From: Planktothrix sp. GU0601_MAG3
Lineage (GTDB): Bacteria; Cyanobacteriota; Cyanobacteriia; Cyanobacteriales; Microcoleaceae
Assembly (NCBI GenBank): GCA_035193785.1
Contig: CP136572.1
Coordinates: forward strand, 3,349,376-3,413,375
DNA length: 64,000 nt
Direction: 5' to 3'
The notes beneath the pieces were generated by a model. It worked only from the letters and a program-made list of their open reading frames with translations. It did no database searches and had not been told where the DNA came from. This document shows positions 32,710 to 44,346 of the stretch, piece by piece (within the stretch, counting starts at the first letter, position 1; each line of letters starts with the position of its first letter). Position numbers and translations under genes: made by a program.

Positions 32710-33114
32710 ATGAGACAATATCAATGGATTGTTTTTATCAGTTTAATTGCTTTAATTCCGATTGGATTAGGGAGTAAATTTTATCGAGGGCCTTTTGATT
32801 TATGGTTTAATAATTCCGTTGGTGGGGTATTTTATGAAATGTTTTGGGTGCTTTTGGTGGTTTTAATCAAACCGAAATTATCCCCGGGATGGGTGGCATT
32901 TTGGGTATTTATTATTACTTCTAGTTTGGAATTTGCCCAACTCTGGAAACCGCCTTTTTTAGAAGTGATTCGAGCTAATTTATTGGGTCGTTTATTATTA
33001 GGAACAACCTTTTCCTGGTGGGATTTTCCCTATTATATAATTGGTTGTGGATTGGTTTGGTTAGGATTAAAATATCTGAAATCCTATTTAAAGTTATATA
33101 GTAATCCTAAATAG
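32710..33114 (+). CDS. small integral membrane protein, DUF2809-like
   Basis: 134 aa with four hydrophobic segments and a GLGSKFYRGPF motif. Preceded by the AGCCCTGAAGGGCT hairpin. Confidence 0.4.
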   Translation: MRQYQWIVFISLIALIPIGLGSKFYRGPFDLWFNNSVGGVFYEMFWVLLVVLIKPKLSPGWVAFWVFIITSSLEFAQLWKPPFLEVIRANLLGRLLLGTTFSWWDFPYYIIGCGLVWLGLKYLKSYLKLYSNPK

Positions 33115-33264
33115 GTTATAATATTTTAATCATTATACGAAATCCGAAACAGCCAGAATTATTATCTCTGTTCCCTGTTCCCAGATCCGGTGTTCCCTAT
33201 TCCCTTTTGATCAGGAATAGGGGTAAGAAACAGGGTTTCTACAGAGATGTTGATCAACCCAATT

Positions 33265-34999
33265 TTAACTAATTAATACTGGGTTCCCGTTTTCCGATAA
33301 TGGACGGCTGTAACCCCCTCTGGATTCAATACCTGACCCTGATGAAACCGTGGCATAAATCACCCAATGATCGCCACATTCCATCCGATTTTTAACCTCA
33401 CAATCGAGATAGGCTAGGGCATCTTTTAGGATCAAACAACCACTAGATGTTTCTTCTGTTTCTAGGTCAACAAACCGATTTTCTCCGGGTTCAAATCGCT
33501 TGAGAAAATGTTTTCGCAGTTGTTTTCCTTCCTGCAAAATATTTAGAACAAAGCGATCGCCAATATGAGTTAAGGGTTCCAAGGCCCGATCCTTGGCCAC
33601 CGCTACGGTAAACCCCGGAGGGTTGAAGGTCGCCTGGGACACCCAGGACGCTAACATGGCGCTGTACATCTCCCCCCGACGCCCGGAAACGACGCACAGG
33701 GAACCCACCACACGCCCCAAGGCTTGGGCGGTGCGATCGGCCCCCGAGGAGGTAGCTGTGGGACGAAATGCCCGACGTTTTTGGGTGCGTTTGAGGGTTT
33801 GAGCAAAATCAATTGCCGCTTCTTTGCAGGTTTGTAGGGTGATATCCGTAGGAGCAAATTTTACTCGGATGGGTTCAAAACCAAATTTATAACCCGCATC
33901 TTTTAGGCGATTTTCTAATAAGTCAATTGCTTCTCCACTCCATCCATAGGAGCCAAATACTCCGGCTAATTTATTGGTTGAAGCTGTATTTAGAATCACT
34001 CCTAAAGCGGTTTGAATTTGGGTAGGAGCATGACCTCCTAATGTGGGAGAACCAATAATAAATCCATCACATTTTTCTAGGGCTTCTTGAATTTCTGAGG
34101 ATTTGGCATATTCACAATTAATTAATTCTACGGCGACATCGGATTTTGTTAATCCCTTGGCGATCGCTTGGGCAACTGTGGCGGTATTTCCATAGGCTGA
34201 GGCATATAATAATGCTACAGTTAAGTCTTGAGATTTCTGTTTTTCACTCCAATCTCGATATAGATTTGTTAGTTCGGTTTTGCCATGTTTAACTAACGGC
34301 CCATGACCGGTTTCCATAGAATTTAATTGGGGGTAATTCCTTGATTTTATCGAGGATAGAAATAACTTGTTTGGCTTGGGCTGCATGAAGACAGTCATAA
34401 TAAAACCGCCGATCATCGCTATACACTGACCAGCCCTCATCAAAGACTTGATCGCCGCAAACGTGCGCCCCAAATAGCTTATCGGAGAATAAAATTTCCG
34501 TGGCTTGATCATAGGTTAAAAGGGAATCAGGCCAGCGAGGAGTGGGAGTTAAAACAAACTGCAATTGATGACCTTGACCTAAATCTAAGGTTTCTTCTCC
34601 TTTGATGGTTAAAATTTTTAAGTTGTTGTTTGCAAAATATTCTCGTAATGCTAGGGCGGCTGGATTTGAACAAACGAATGTTACATCGGGTGATAATTCT
34701 AATAAAGCCTTTAATGTTGCCCCTCGATTAGCATTAAAGTGACCCAAAATAATATAATCCAACTGTTCCAAATTCCTGCGAGTTTGTAACGCTTCAATAT
34801 AATTTTGGGTAAAGGATTCTCCGGGGGGATCAATAATTGCAGTTTGATCGGCTTCAATAATATAACTGTTCGCCGTTGTTCCCCGTTGCAGGGAATATTC
34901 AACTTCAAATTTTAACCGATCCCAAGTGCGCGATCGCACGACTTTGGTATTGTCTCCAATTAAAAAAACTTGAACATCCCGTGGTTTTTGATTATCCAT
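33265..34999 (-). CDS. flavodiiron protein (Flv1/Flv3-type; metallo-beta-lactamase + flavodoxin + flavin-reductase domains). The frame is broken at ~34309-34315 (ccGGTTTCCat)
   Basis: LGHFNANRG beta-lactamase-like di-iron region. Flavodoxin region (LLYASAYGNTATVAQAI). C-terminal flavin reductase domain. Removing one T joins ...PPIKFYGTGHGPLV. Confidence 0.85.
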
Positions 35000-35052
35000 A
35001 ATCTTATCTTAAAAAACGTTTTTTGATCTCTCTTAAGCCTTAATAATTAATC

Positions 35053-35104
35053 CTCCTACCTCCCCTTCTCCCCCTTCTCCCCTGCCCCCCTGCTCCCCCT
35101 GCTC
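35053..35104. repeat. C-rich (G-rich on the minus strand) dodecamer repeat between the two flv genes
   Basis: cctcctacctccccttctcccccttctcccctgcccccctgctccccctgctc. Same family as 25810..26070 and 51717..51795. Confidence 0.7.
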
Positions 35105-35148
35105 TTATTAAGAGTGGGGGATCTAATCAGGGTTAATTCTAATCAGGG

Positions 35149-36882
35149 TTAATAATGATTTCCGACTTTGCGATGGTGAACCGCAGGTAGCACATCTGGA
35201 TCACTAACTCGTCCATTATCAACGGTGGCGTAAACAAGCCAATGATCACTTAACTCCATCCGACTTTGGACTTGACATTCTAAATAGGCTAGGGAATCTG
35301 TTAGAATCGGACTGCCATTATTAGCGGTTTGGGTATTAATTCCCTCAAACCGATCCGCACCCGGAGTAAATCGTTTTAAGAAGTGTCTCATCAGTTTTTG
35401 ATAATTACTTTCTGCCAAAACATTCAGCACAAATTTATCATCAACCTGCATTAAGGCTTCAATGGCTCGATCCTTAGCAACGGCAATAGTTAATCCTAAT
35501 GGTTGAAAACTCGCCTGAGTCACCCAGGAGGCTAACATCGCACTACTGACTTCTCCTTTTTGAGCCGTAATAATATACAATCCACCGCTTAGGCGTCCCA
35601 TGGCTTTATCTAAGTTACTATCCAGGGATTTCATCTGCTTAACGGTTTTATCTCGACTCAACCATTGTCCGATATCCGTGCCCGCTTCGTCGCAGGTTTG
35701 ATAGGTGGTATCTTGAGGCGTTTCCGTAATCCGAATTGAAGGAAATGCTTGCTTTAATCCAGCGTCATTGAGTTTAACTTGCAACGGATATAAGGATAAA
35801 TCATTTCCGCCTCCCGACTCGTATAAACCGTAGGATTGTTTATTATGAGCCGATGCAATAATGGTGTTAATGGTTTCTCCTGCGAGTTCCGAACCTACAC
35901 CCGAAACCGGGGGCATTCCGATCACAAATCCCGCAGAAAACCCATTACTAATTCCCGCACTTCCGTGGCTTCAGATGTTCGTAAATCCATCATTTCCACG
36001 GCAACACCTGTTTTTGTAATCCCGTGGGCGATGGCTTGGGAGAGGCGATCGCTATAACCATAGTCGGAGAAATAAAACACCGCTACAGTAGTTTCAGATT
36101 TAGTTTGTTCGTGACTCCATTTCCAATAACGTCCTTTTAATTCTTCTAAATTATGCCGTAATAACGGGCCGTGTCCCGTGGCAATTGTGGTAATTTCTCC
36201 TAAAGGTTCCATGCGTTTAATCGCATTAATTACCGAACGAGCATTAGGAGCCATCAAACACTCATAATAAAAGTGAAAATCCGGTTCAATTGCTGCTAAG
36301 TTCTCATCGTAGGTTTGATCGGAACAATAGTGCATTCCAAACGCATCGCAAGTAAATAGGGTTTGGCTTTTCCGATCAAAGCTAAAAATTGTATCCGGCC
36401 AATGTAAATTCGGGGAGGAAACAAATTCTAAAACATGATCATTTCCTAAATCTAAGGTATCGCCATTTTTAACTAATTGGCGTTGAAAGGGCGTATGGGT
36501 TAAATTTTCTAAAAATTGAATTGCTATTTTCGACCCCACAACCGTAACATTGGGAGCGAGTTCTAAGATATCTTTAACCAAGCCACTGTGATCGGGTTCG
36601 GTATGACTAATAATTAAATAGTCAATATCCGCAGGATTAATTAATCCCTTGAGTGTATCTAAATATAGTTGCCGGAATTTGGCATGGGATGTGTCAACGA
36701 GGGCGATTTTTTCCCCTCGAATGATAAATGAATTATAGGTTGTACCGTTTTGCAGGCCAAATTCTATATCAAATCTGTCCCGATCCCAGTCCAGGGAAAC
36801 GAATAGCAGTGGTATCAGCAGCAATCTCTTGAACTTCAATTGTTAAACGATTTTGTTTTACACGATCAGTGAGGGCTACCAT
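35149..36882 (-). CDS. flavodiiron protein, second tandem copy. The frame is broken twice: ~36795-36802 (cGTTTCCCtgg, one extra T) and ~35935-35944 (gGGTTTTCTGcgg, two extra T)
   Basis: ISHTEPDHSG...CDAFGMHYC...TGHGPLL motifs. The N-terminus MVALTDRVKQNRLTIEVQEIAADTTAIR(S)LDWDRDRFDIEF is restored by removing one T. ...RELVMGSAGFVIGMPPVSG is restored by removing two T. Confidence 0.8.
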
Positions 36883-37195
36883 TCATGACCTCCCTAGATA
36901 ATTGGTTATGACTTTTTAAGTTGTGATTCTATTGTGGCACGGATTAATGGTAAAGATTTATTAAAAAACCTATCACCCAGTTAAGATTTGCAAAAGTAAA
37001 GTTATTGATGGTTGGCGAGTGTCCTGGCTCCCCTGGCTTTTTCGGCCCCCATCTTTACAAAACCTTAACAATTGCTGACAAATTTTTACAAAATTTTCAA
37101 ATAGGGGGCTTGACCCCTCACCTAGAAAAAGTTATATTGTGGTATGTAGATGCACCCTGATGGTAGGGAGAGTTGCCAAGGTGACTCTCTTTTTT

Positions 37196-37816
37196 TTATC
37201 CCATTGCGGAACGGCCCTGTTTCCCTAATTTAAAGAAGACAAAATAACCCAAATAAAGAATATAAACGGCTAAACCCACCAAAGCAAAGAAGCCTAAAAA
37301 CTGAGGGGTCAAATTAGGACTAAAAGTTTGTCGATATAACCAGGGAGGATCTAGCCAAATCCGGCAAGTTGCATCCGCGATTAACTCTTTTTGACCTTGA
37401 GAAAATCCACAATGTACAACCGGAATTAAAGCGATCGCACCCAAAAGATTATAAACCGTCGCCGCCCAACGCCAAGCAGTAAAGAGCAACTTCAGACCGG
37501 AATTAGGCATTTCTGAAACTTCCTCATTCAGATCCACCCAAAACCAGAGGGAAATCGGAATTAAAACCCGCGCCATCAGCAAGGTCAGAAAACCAATTGG
37601 GAGGGCAGCAACCATTAAATACAAACTAATAATCAACAAACTAGCAACCCGCAAATAGGTGATCATTAAGTGTTGAATGGCTTCAACTTTCTGAACAAAA
37701 GACCAAACAAAGATCACCAAGGGAATAATCAGTGCAAATATAACCGCCAGCCGATAGTCCGTCCATACCAACGGTTGTAACCAGGAAGATTCGACGGCTA
37801 GTAAACAATTAAACAT
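37196..37816 (-). CDS. hypothetical polytopic membrane protein
   Basis: 206 aa with 5-6 hydrophobic helices. No family recognised. Confidence 0.45.
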   Translation of the reverse strand: MFNCLLAVESSWLQPLVWTDYRLAVIFALIIPLVIFVWSFVQKVEAIQHLMITYLRVASLLIISLYLMVAALPIGFLTLLMARVLIPISLWFWVDLNEEVSEMPNSGLKLLFTAWRWAATVYNLLGAIALIPVVHCGFSQGQKELIADATCRIWLDPPWLYRQTFSPNLTPQFLGFFALVGLAVYILYLGYFVFFKLGKQGRSAMG

Positions 37817-37924
37817 CCTAAATTATGAAATCCAATAAAGAAAAATTAAGCAACTGGGTTAACTCAGGTTAACTCTCAGTTGCTGATTAATTAACAAACA
37901 CTAGACAGCCTAAAAAACAACTAA

Positions 37925-38146
37925 TTAGTCTTCATAAAGCCGACATTCAGCGGCATCAGGGTGATCGTTGCAATAGACTTCAAAAGAGCTTTGCGGTTTT
38001 TCTTGTTTTTGGTGTGAAGCTTCCGCTTGTAATTCTTCCACCGCATCCCAAGCTGCTGCACATTCTTTAGAGGTGGCTCCGCTGACGTCACAGACTGTGC
38101 GAGCTTCCACTAGTTCTTTCTCGATGAGTTCGTTGATTTTGTTCAT
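37925..38146 (-). CDS. cp12: CP12, Calvin-cycle regulatory protein
   Basis: 73 aa with the AWDAVEEL core and the C-terminal CxxxHPDAAECRxYED cysteine pair, both diagnostic of CP12. Confidence 0.85.
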   Translation of the reverse strand: MNKINELIEKELVEARTVCDVSGATSKECAAAWDAVEELQAEASHQKQEKPQSSFEVYCNDHPDAAECRLYED

Positions 38147-38428
38147 AAACCTTGCGTTTAATCTAATCTACATAAGTACAGGTTCCAATCCCACTTTAGA
38201 ACATTGAGTAAGGATTACCCACTTTGTCCTTTTTGTCCGGCTAGTGCCGATCAAGTTGGGATTTCCTTCCTACTGTAATACATCAGTTTAAAATGTGAAC
38301 CACCTAAACTAACAATTTGGTGCAGTGTGGGCTTCCAGATTTGCAATTGATCAAACATTGCATCTGCTGTATTTCCACACAATCTGCTATCTTAGCACAA
38401 GAGAGCAGACTATTGAGGGAGGGCGAAG

Positions 38429-39709
38429 ATGGCGGAATCGACAACCAAACCTATGCGCTGGGTTAGTGCTTTATCTCAACGTCCTTCCTTAGAAGCGGCG
38501 GTGAAGGAGGTTGTGGAAATTACTCAAGATGCCTTACGAGCTTCTCCAGACCTAGGCTTAGTCTTTATTTCCTCGGCCTTTAGCAGTGAATATTCCCGAC
38601 TGATGCCCTTACTCCAAGAACACCTGAAGCTTCCCACCCTGATTGGTTGTGGTGCCGGGGGCGTGATTGGCATGAATTCCGATTACCAGGCGGAGGAAAT
38701 CGAGGGAGAACCAGCCCTGAGTCTGACCTTAGCCCATTTACCTGGTGTTGAAATCCATCCGTTTCACTTATCGGCTGATGATTTGCCCGATTTGGACAGT
38801 TCCCCGGATCGGTGGGTGGAATTAATTGGTGTCAAACCCGAAGATCAGCCACAATTTATCCTGTTAGTTGATCCCTACTTTGGCCAAATCAATGATTTTT
38901 TACAGGGCTTAGATTATGCCTACCCGGGTTCGGTGAAAGTGGGAGGACTGGCCAGTGCTGGGGTCATGGGAGGGGGAACGGGGGTATTTTCCGATTCCAA
39001 ACGTCACCCGGAAGAAATTGTCGGCTTGGCGTTGTCTGGCAATATTCTGATTGAAACCATTGTTGCCCAGGGTTGTCGCCCCATTGGAGATCCCTACCGC
39101 GTAACCAAGGCTGAACGCAATATTGTCTTGGAAGTAGAAACGCCATCGGAAGATTCCCCCCTGGAAACCACTTCTGCCGTTTCTGTGCGCCTATCTCCCT
39201 TGGAAGCATTGCAAGATTTGGTACAGCAATTGAGCGAAGAAGATCGACAACTGGCTCAACATTCGTTGTTTATTGGGGTGGTGCGGGATGAATTCAAACA
39301 GATCTTGGAACCGGGAGATTTTTTAATTCGGAATTTAATTGGGGTTGATCCCAAGGCTGGGGCGATTGCCATTGGCGATCGGGTTCGTCCCGGACAACGG
39401 ATTCAATTTCACCTCAGAGATGCTCGGACTTCGGCAGAGGATTTAGAATTATTAATAGAACGTTATCAACGGCAGGCTTCTTCTTTTCCCCAAGGAGTCA
39501 CAAATGCCGGGGCATTGATGTTTTCCTGTTTAGGACGAGGAGAAGGACTTTATGGGGAAGCGGATTTCGACTCCCGACTGTTCCGACGGTGTTTTAATAT
39601 TCCCTTGAGTGGCTTTTTCTGCAATGGTGAAATTGGCCCGGTGGGAAATGCCACGTTTCTACACGGTTATACCTCGGTTTTTGGAATTTTTAGGCAGAAA
39701 AACTATTAA
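38429..39709 (+). CDS. FIST-domain (FIST N + FIST C) sensory protein
   Basis: 426 aa. The N-terminal half (LVFISSAFS...LIGCGAGGVIG) and C-terminal half (ALMFSCLGRGEGLYG...FFCNGEIGP) match the FIST architecture. Confidence 0.6.
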   Translation: MAESTTKPMRWVSALSQRPSLEAAVKEVVEITQDALRASPDLGLVFISSAFSSEYSRLMPLLQEHLKLPTLIGCGAGGVIGMNSDYQAEEIEGEPALSLTLAHLPGVEIHPFHLSADDLPDLDSSPDRWVELIGVKPEDQPQFILLVDPYFGQINDFLQGLDYAYPGSVKVGGLASAGVMGGGTGVFSDSKRHPEEIVGLALSGNILIETIVAQGCRPIGDPYRVTKAERNIVLEVETPSEDSPLETTSAVSVRLSPLEALQDLVQQLSEEDRQLAQHSLFIGVVRDEFKQILEPGDFLIRNLIGVDPKAGAIAIGDRVRPGQRIQFHLRDARTSAEDLELLIERYQRQASSFPQGVTNAGALMFSCLGRGEGLYGEADFDSRLFRRCFNIPLSGFFCNGEIGPVGNATFLHGYTSVFGIFRQKNY

Positions 39710-39744
39710 TTAATATCGATTCGATATTTGTAAAAACTCGGTGT

Positions 39745-40353
39745 TTGAAGTTTATGCAGGAAGATTCAAAACGGCTTTCAGTTTTAACACAACTGTTTAC
39801 AGTCGGCATTGATCGGGCAGATATCATGTTAGAAATGATCTCCCGATCGCCGATTAAGTTAAAGTTACTATCCGTGGATTTATTCCCCCCGCAACGGTTA
39901 CCGATGCACTTGGAAAAATTGGTGGGTTTCCAGGGAATAAAAGCTGTAGAAATGACATTTACAGGAGAGTTTCAAGGGAATACTCAACTGATATTTCCTC
40001 AAAAAACTGCGGCAATATTAATTGATTTGATTGAAAGTGAAGATCGGCGTAAATTAGATAAGGGGGCTTTTGAAAAAGCCATTTTTAGTGAAGTGGGAAA
40101 TATTTTTTATAATGGCATCATGGGAGTGATTAGTACCCTCTGTGAATATGGAATTACCTATATGATTCCTAAATATAAGGAAGGAGATCTCAGAAGTATA
40201 TTATTAGGGAGTTTATCTCCTAAATATTCAATTGCTTTGATGGGAACTATTGAATTGTTCAAAGATCGAAATTTAGTCTTCTGGTTTCAATTTGATACCC
40301 TGGAAAAACTATTGGAAAAAAGCAATAATCTGGGGGATTATTTTGATGTTTAA
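39745..40353 (+). CDS. CheC/CheX-like chemotaxis phosphatase family protein (tentative)
   Basis: About 200 aa with an E-x2-N motif (SEVGNIFYNGIMGVIS) characteristic of the CheC/CheX/FliY family. It is 35 nt downstream of the FIST gene. Confidence 0.4.
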   Translation: MKFMQEDSKRLSVLTQLFTVGIDRADIMLEMISRSPIKLKLLSVDLFPPQRLPMHLEKLVGFQGIKAVEMTFTGEFQGNTQLIFPQKTAAILIDLIESEDRRKLDKGAFEKAIFSEVGNIFYNGIMGVISTLCEYGITYMIPKYKEGDLRSILLGSLSPKYSIALMGTIELFKDRNLVFWFQFDTLEKLLEKSNNLGDYFDV

Positions 40354-40360
40354 TCATAGG

Positions 40361-40426
40361 GAAGGGAATGGGGAATGGGGAATGGGTAATGGGTAATGGG
40401 TAATGGGTAATGGGGAATAGGGAATT
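40361..40426. repeat. tandem GGGAATG/GGGTAAT hexa- and heptamer repeat
   Basis: gggaatggggaatggggaatgggtaatgggtaatgggtaatgggtaatggggaataggg. Confidence 0.8.
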
Positions 40427-41511
40427 AAGATAAAACTAACTGAGCAAAATTATCAATTTGATCTGTAGCACTAAATTCTTCAAAGTAACTACGCACGGAG
40501 GGGGGAAACAGTTCAAAATTGAATTGTGTATCTCCATTGGCAATATCCGCCCAAAAATAACGCAGATGGGGAACTATTTTTTCTGCTTCTTGATGGGTTA
40601 ATTTTAACGGAGGATTAGTTAATAGTTTCATCATAAAGGGAAAAGAACGTTTCCCCCATCCATTCCCGGGATTTTAAGGGTAAATCCGGCCAATCTTCAA
40701 CGGCGGTAATCCGATGGGATTCTATTTTTAAAACAGGTTTTCCCTGAGAATTAGTATGAACATGAATCACGCGATAGGGATGGGGATAACTAACTAATGA
40801 TCCGGTTGTAATATCATAAATTCCTTGCCATTGGGCAATATCTTGAACGTGCAAATGTCCGGTAAAAACTAACCGCACCCCGGCTTGTTTTAAAATTTCT
40901 AAAAAACGCGGAGCATTTTCTAACATATATCGTCGCCCTAAAGGATTCGTCGCCTGTCCGGGTAAATGTTCAATCACATTATGATGAATCATCACGAAAA
41001 CTAATTTATTTTCGACTTGAGATAACACCTGTTCTAACCACTCTAACTGTTGTTCTTCTAAACAGCCTATTTGATTGCCGTGGCTATCAAAATGATTGGA
41101 ATTTAACCCAATTAATTGTAACCCGGGTAAAATTTCCTGGGTATAATCTAAACCTTGGTGATTTTCATAGCCAAAAGCTCGATAATATTGGGGAAATTCC
41201 TTTAATCCAATGGAATTTTTATGGCTTTCTAAGGCTGGAATATCATGGTTTCCAGGAATTACATAGACTGGATAGGGCAGTTGGCTTAATCGTTGACTTA
41301 ACCATTGATGATTTTCCCGTTCTCCATGTTGAGTTAAATCCCCGGGTAGGAGTAGAAAATCTAAATCTAATTCCCCTAAATGGTCTAATGCCAATTCTAA
41401 AGCCGGGATACTCACTTCCACTAAATGGAAACGATGGGGATGCTCCCATATTGTTTGAGGTAGGGCAATATGCAAGTCACTGACAATGGCAAATTTAAAA
41501 TTTAAGTTCAT
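40425..41511 (-). CDS. calcineurin-like metallophosphoesterase. The frame is broken at ~40648-40654 (aaCGTTTCCcc); the ORF track shows 40615..41511 and 40425..40634
   Basis: FAIVSDLHI...LPGDLTQHG...PGNHD...GHLH motifs. Removing one T joins ...WMGERSFPFMMKLLTNPPLKLTHQEAEK. Confidence 0.7.
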
Positions 41512-41921
41512 AAATCAATCAGCAAAAGGGCGAACAAAAAAGGTATTACTCGATGCAATAATTGACAAAATCAAGTTATCATTAAAAGTCCATTATTTTA
41601 TTGGATGGGATTTGATCTCTTTACTAAAAGAATATAGCGAAATTTATCCCATTTTTTAAAGAATATTAATAATTTTAACATTACTTCATTATCCTCTGCC
41701 GAAACTTAAACTGTCAGATGTTTTTATTTTTACGGATAAAATTGATATCGCCTGAAAAGGCGTGTATTTGTAATTTTTAATACAACAGCAACGGATTTTT
41801 GAAGGTATACAACCCGTATATGTACTCATTTCTTAACATAACTCTAACATAAAGTTAAAATTATTTAAGAAATGTAATACAATGGTTAAATAATTGTTAA
41901 GGATTTTTAGCAGTATTATCG

Positions 41922-42095
41922 ATGCACAAAGACTATTATGGCTTGTTGATCTCCACCCTCAGTCTTCGCCATCGCTGGAAATGGCAAATTATTCTCCCCT
42001 ATGGCGAATATTTGACCTCCGACGAAGACTACGCCTCCGCAGAAGAAGCACTCCAGGAAGGAAAATCTTGGTTAGAAACGGAAGTCAGCGTTTAA
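41922..42095 (+). CDS. possible small protein (57 aa; below the ORF-track cutoff) in an AT-rich intergenic region. It might extend to ~42216 if the GAAAC at 42075 carries the same insertion
   Basis: ATG 41922: MHKDYYGLLISTLSLRHRWKWQIILPYGEYLTSDEDYASAEEALQEGKSWLETEVSV. Removing one A from ttaGAAACgg opens a further 40 codons that look protein-like (...WLERKSAFNAINSCLAQFYSSGVLNPSEYSSLMDSLRGITERCSSD). Confidence 0.25.
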   Translation: MHKDYYGLLISTLSLRHRWKWQIILPYGEYLTSDEDYASAEEALQEGKSWLETEVSV

Positions 42096-42206
42096 TGCGA
42101 TTAATAGCTGTCTGGCTCAGTTTTATAGTTCAGGGGTACTTAATCCTTCGGAATACAGCAGTTTGATGGATTCTCTGCGGGGAATCACCGAACGCTGTTC
42201 ATCGGA

Positions 42207-42893
42207 TTAAATCGGTTTGAATTCATCAATCCAGCCTGTCCGAAAATGACCGATTTGATTGGCTTGCCAAATTTGACCACTATTAATATCTAAACCTGTT
42301 AACCAACCTTGTCCATAAACCCAAGTATCAATACAAATGGCATAGCCTAAATTAACAGGTTTACCACTGGTTTGACGGGTATGACCACAAACCATAGTTT
42401 TTCCTGAAATATGGGGTTTTGCATGATGAAATTTTGCCCCAAATAATTGTTCTGTGGGTTGTTGATTTAAGGGAAGTTGGGGGTCAACATTGCCATGAAC
42501 AAAAAAATGGTGTTCCGTTTCCCAATAATTCACACACAGGTTTTCCATAAATTCCCAATGGTGGGCGGGAATGGTTTCTAACTTAGGTTTTTTTCCGATA
42601 GTCGGATAGGAAGCCAAGGTTTGATCACCTCCCCATTTAAACCAAGCATCAAACTGTTGGGGGGAGTGACGCGCTTCTAACATCAGAATTTCGTGGTTTC
42701 CCCGCAGGGCGACTAACTTTCCGGTTTGATGCAGGGTAATCAATCTTTCCAGTACCCCGTTAGAATCTGGCCCTCGATCCACATAATCCCCTAGGGTAAT
42801 GATTAAATCATCCCCTTGAGGCTTAATCACAGATAGGAGAGTATCCCAAGCCATTGAACAGCCGTGAATATCCGCAATGGCAATAATTCGCAT
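42207..42893 (-). CDS. serine/threonine protein phosphatase (PPP-family metallophosphoesterase, ApaH-like)
   Basis: IAIADIHGC, LGDYVDRGPDS and LRGNHE motifs. Confidence 0.75.
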   Translation of the reverse strand: MRIIAIADIHGCSMAWDTLLSVIKPQGDDLIITLGDYVDRGPDSNGVLERLITLHQTGKLVALRGNHEILMLEARHSPQQFDAWFKWGGDQTLASYPTIGKKPKLETIPAHHWEFMENLCVNYWETEHHFFVHGNVDPQLPLNQQPTEQLFGAKFHHAKPHISGKTMVCGHTRQTSGKPVNLGYAICIDTWVYGQGWLTGLDINSGQIWQANQIGHFRTGWIDEFKPI

Positions 42894-42895
42894 AG

Positions 42896-43465
42896 TTAGT
42901 TATGTACAATCACGGGGGTTCCTACTGATGCCCAATCAAATAACCATTTGGCATGATTGACCGCAACATTGGTACAACCGTGGGAAACGGGTGTGCCAAA
43001 TAAATTATGCCAATAGGCTCCATGAATTGCCATCCCCCCATCGTAGTACATCGTATAGGGAACATCGGGAACATCATAATCGGGGCCAGTCATGCGGGTT
43101 GTCTCATATTTCGTATAGACTTTAAAGACTCCGGTGCGGGTGGGGGTGTCCGCTTTTCCCGTGGAAACAATTACCGCATACACGGGTTTATTTCCTTCCC
43201 AAGCTATTAACCTTTGTCGAGATAAATCTATTAAAATCCAACGTTCTGAAGATTGCTGTAATTCTATCAGATTACGCGCAATTAGGTTGTGTTGTTCATT
43301 GGCGATCGCTAAATTTCCTGGGGAGAATCCGGTGATTAATGTTAACACCGTCGCGCTGGCTATTATTCCCAAAAAACTTGATTTTGTTATGGGAAAGTGG
43401 GGTTGTTTGACCGGATTAAACCTGAAACCAGATCGGGGTTTAATTAAGGGGTTAAAAGTTTTCAT
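42896..43465 (-). CDS. L,D-transpeptidase (YkuD domain), secreted
   Basis: N-terminal hydrophobic signal/anchor. Catalytic region ...MAIHGAY...SHGCTNV (His/Cys active site). Confidence 0.8.
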   Translation of the reverse strand: MKTFNPLIKPRSGFRFNPVKQPHFPITKSSFLGIIASATVLTLITGFSPGNLAIANEQHNLIARNLIELQQSSERWILIDLSRQRLIAWEGNKPVYAVIVSTGKADTPTRTGVFKVYTKYETTRMTGPDYDVPDVPYTMYYDGGMAIHGAYWHNLFGTPVSHGCTNVAVNHAKWLFDWASVGTPVIVHN

Positions 43466-43701
43466 ACTCGACTCCTTGGGTTTGACTTAGCAAGTGTAGC
43501 AATCCGCGACGCGCGAGACGGAGGTTGTAACATTTTATTGTAGGGGTTGGGTCTCTTAAACCTGTTTGTGCCTGGGTTGGATCTGCCAATCCCTAAAGGT
43601 TTTGATCACAAATCCTACAAGGATTATTATAGATTTCCTGGCGAGCTTGAATACTGCCATACCTCAAATTGTATTCCGTTATCGCCTATTCCTTCACAAA
43701 T

Positions 43702-44346
43702 TCAAGGGGAAATTTCGGATAACTGTTGTAGGAGATTTTGAGTTTTTTTGGCGATCGCTTGCCAATTTTTTTGGGCGATTAAATCCGGTGGAAATAAGTC
43801 TCCGGCGAGTCCCACCGCGATCGCTCCCGCTTGAATAAACTCAACGGCATTATTTAAAGTTACCCCCCCTGTGGGAATCAAGGGAATATTTCCCATCGGC
43901 CCTTTAATACTTCTAATATAATCTACACCCCCAACTGCGGAAATAGGAAATACCTTAACACAACTAGCCCCTGCTTGCCAGGCGGTGATAATTTCTGTCG
44001 GGGATAATGCCCCCGGAATTATCGGAATTTCCGCTTGTTTTGCCACCTGAATCATGGCGGGGTTAGTATGGGGAGAAAATAGGAATTGCGCCCCGGCGGC
44101 GATCGCCTTCTGCACATCTTCAATGGTGAATAATGTGCCAGTGCCGATTAAACATTCAGGCAATTCAGACCGTAATTCCGCAATTAATTCTGGGGCTTGA
44201 TCGCTATTCCAAGTAATTTCAATTAACCCCATACCTCCGGCGGCGGTTGCCTGGGCCATTTGTTTTCCGATTTGCCGTTGGCGAGTGCGGATAACTGCGA
44301 TCGCTCGATATTTTTTTAACCAAGATAACCAAAGTTCAGAAGTCAC
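43702..44346 (-). CDS. eda: 2-dehydro-3-deoxyphosphogluconate aldolase / 4-hydroxy-2-oxoglutarate aldolase
   Basis: 214 aa. AVIRT...GMGLIEITW...GTGTL...VKVFP...IPTGGV is the typical KDPG aldolase pattern, with the Schiff-base Lys in VKVFP. Confidence 0.8.
   Translation of the reverse strand: MTSELWLSWLKKYRAIAVIRTRQRQIGKQMAQATAAGGMGLIEITWNSDQAPELIAELRSELPECLIGTGTLFTIEDVQKAIAAGAQFLFSPHTNPAMIQVAKQAEIPIIPGALSPTEIITAWQAGASCVKVFPISAVGGVDYIRSIKGPMGNIPLIPTGGVTLNNAVEFIQAGAIAVGLAGDLFPPDLIAQKNWQAIAKKTQNLLQQLSEISP

Noticed and set aside
33491-33857. Small ORFs on both strands inside the flv gene (33491..33697, 33593..33802, 33651..33857)
   Set aside because: Embedded in and out of frame with a well-supported flavodiiron CDS. 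GC-rich stretches give long spurious frames.
43547-43838. Two overlapping plus-strand ORFs (64 and 90 aa) between the L,D-transpeptidase and eda
   Set aside because: They lie in the intergenic or antisense region of two minus-strand genes, have no start context or similarity, and the second overlaps eda antisense.
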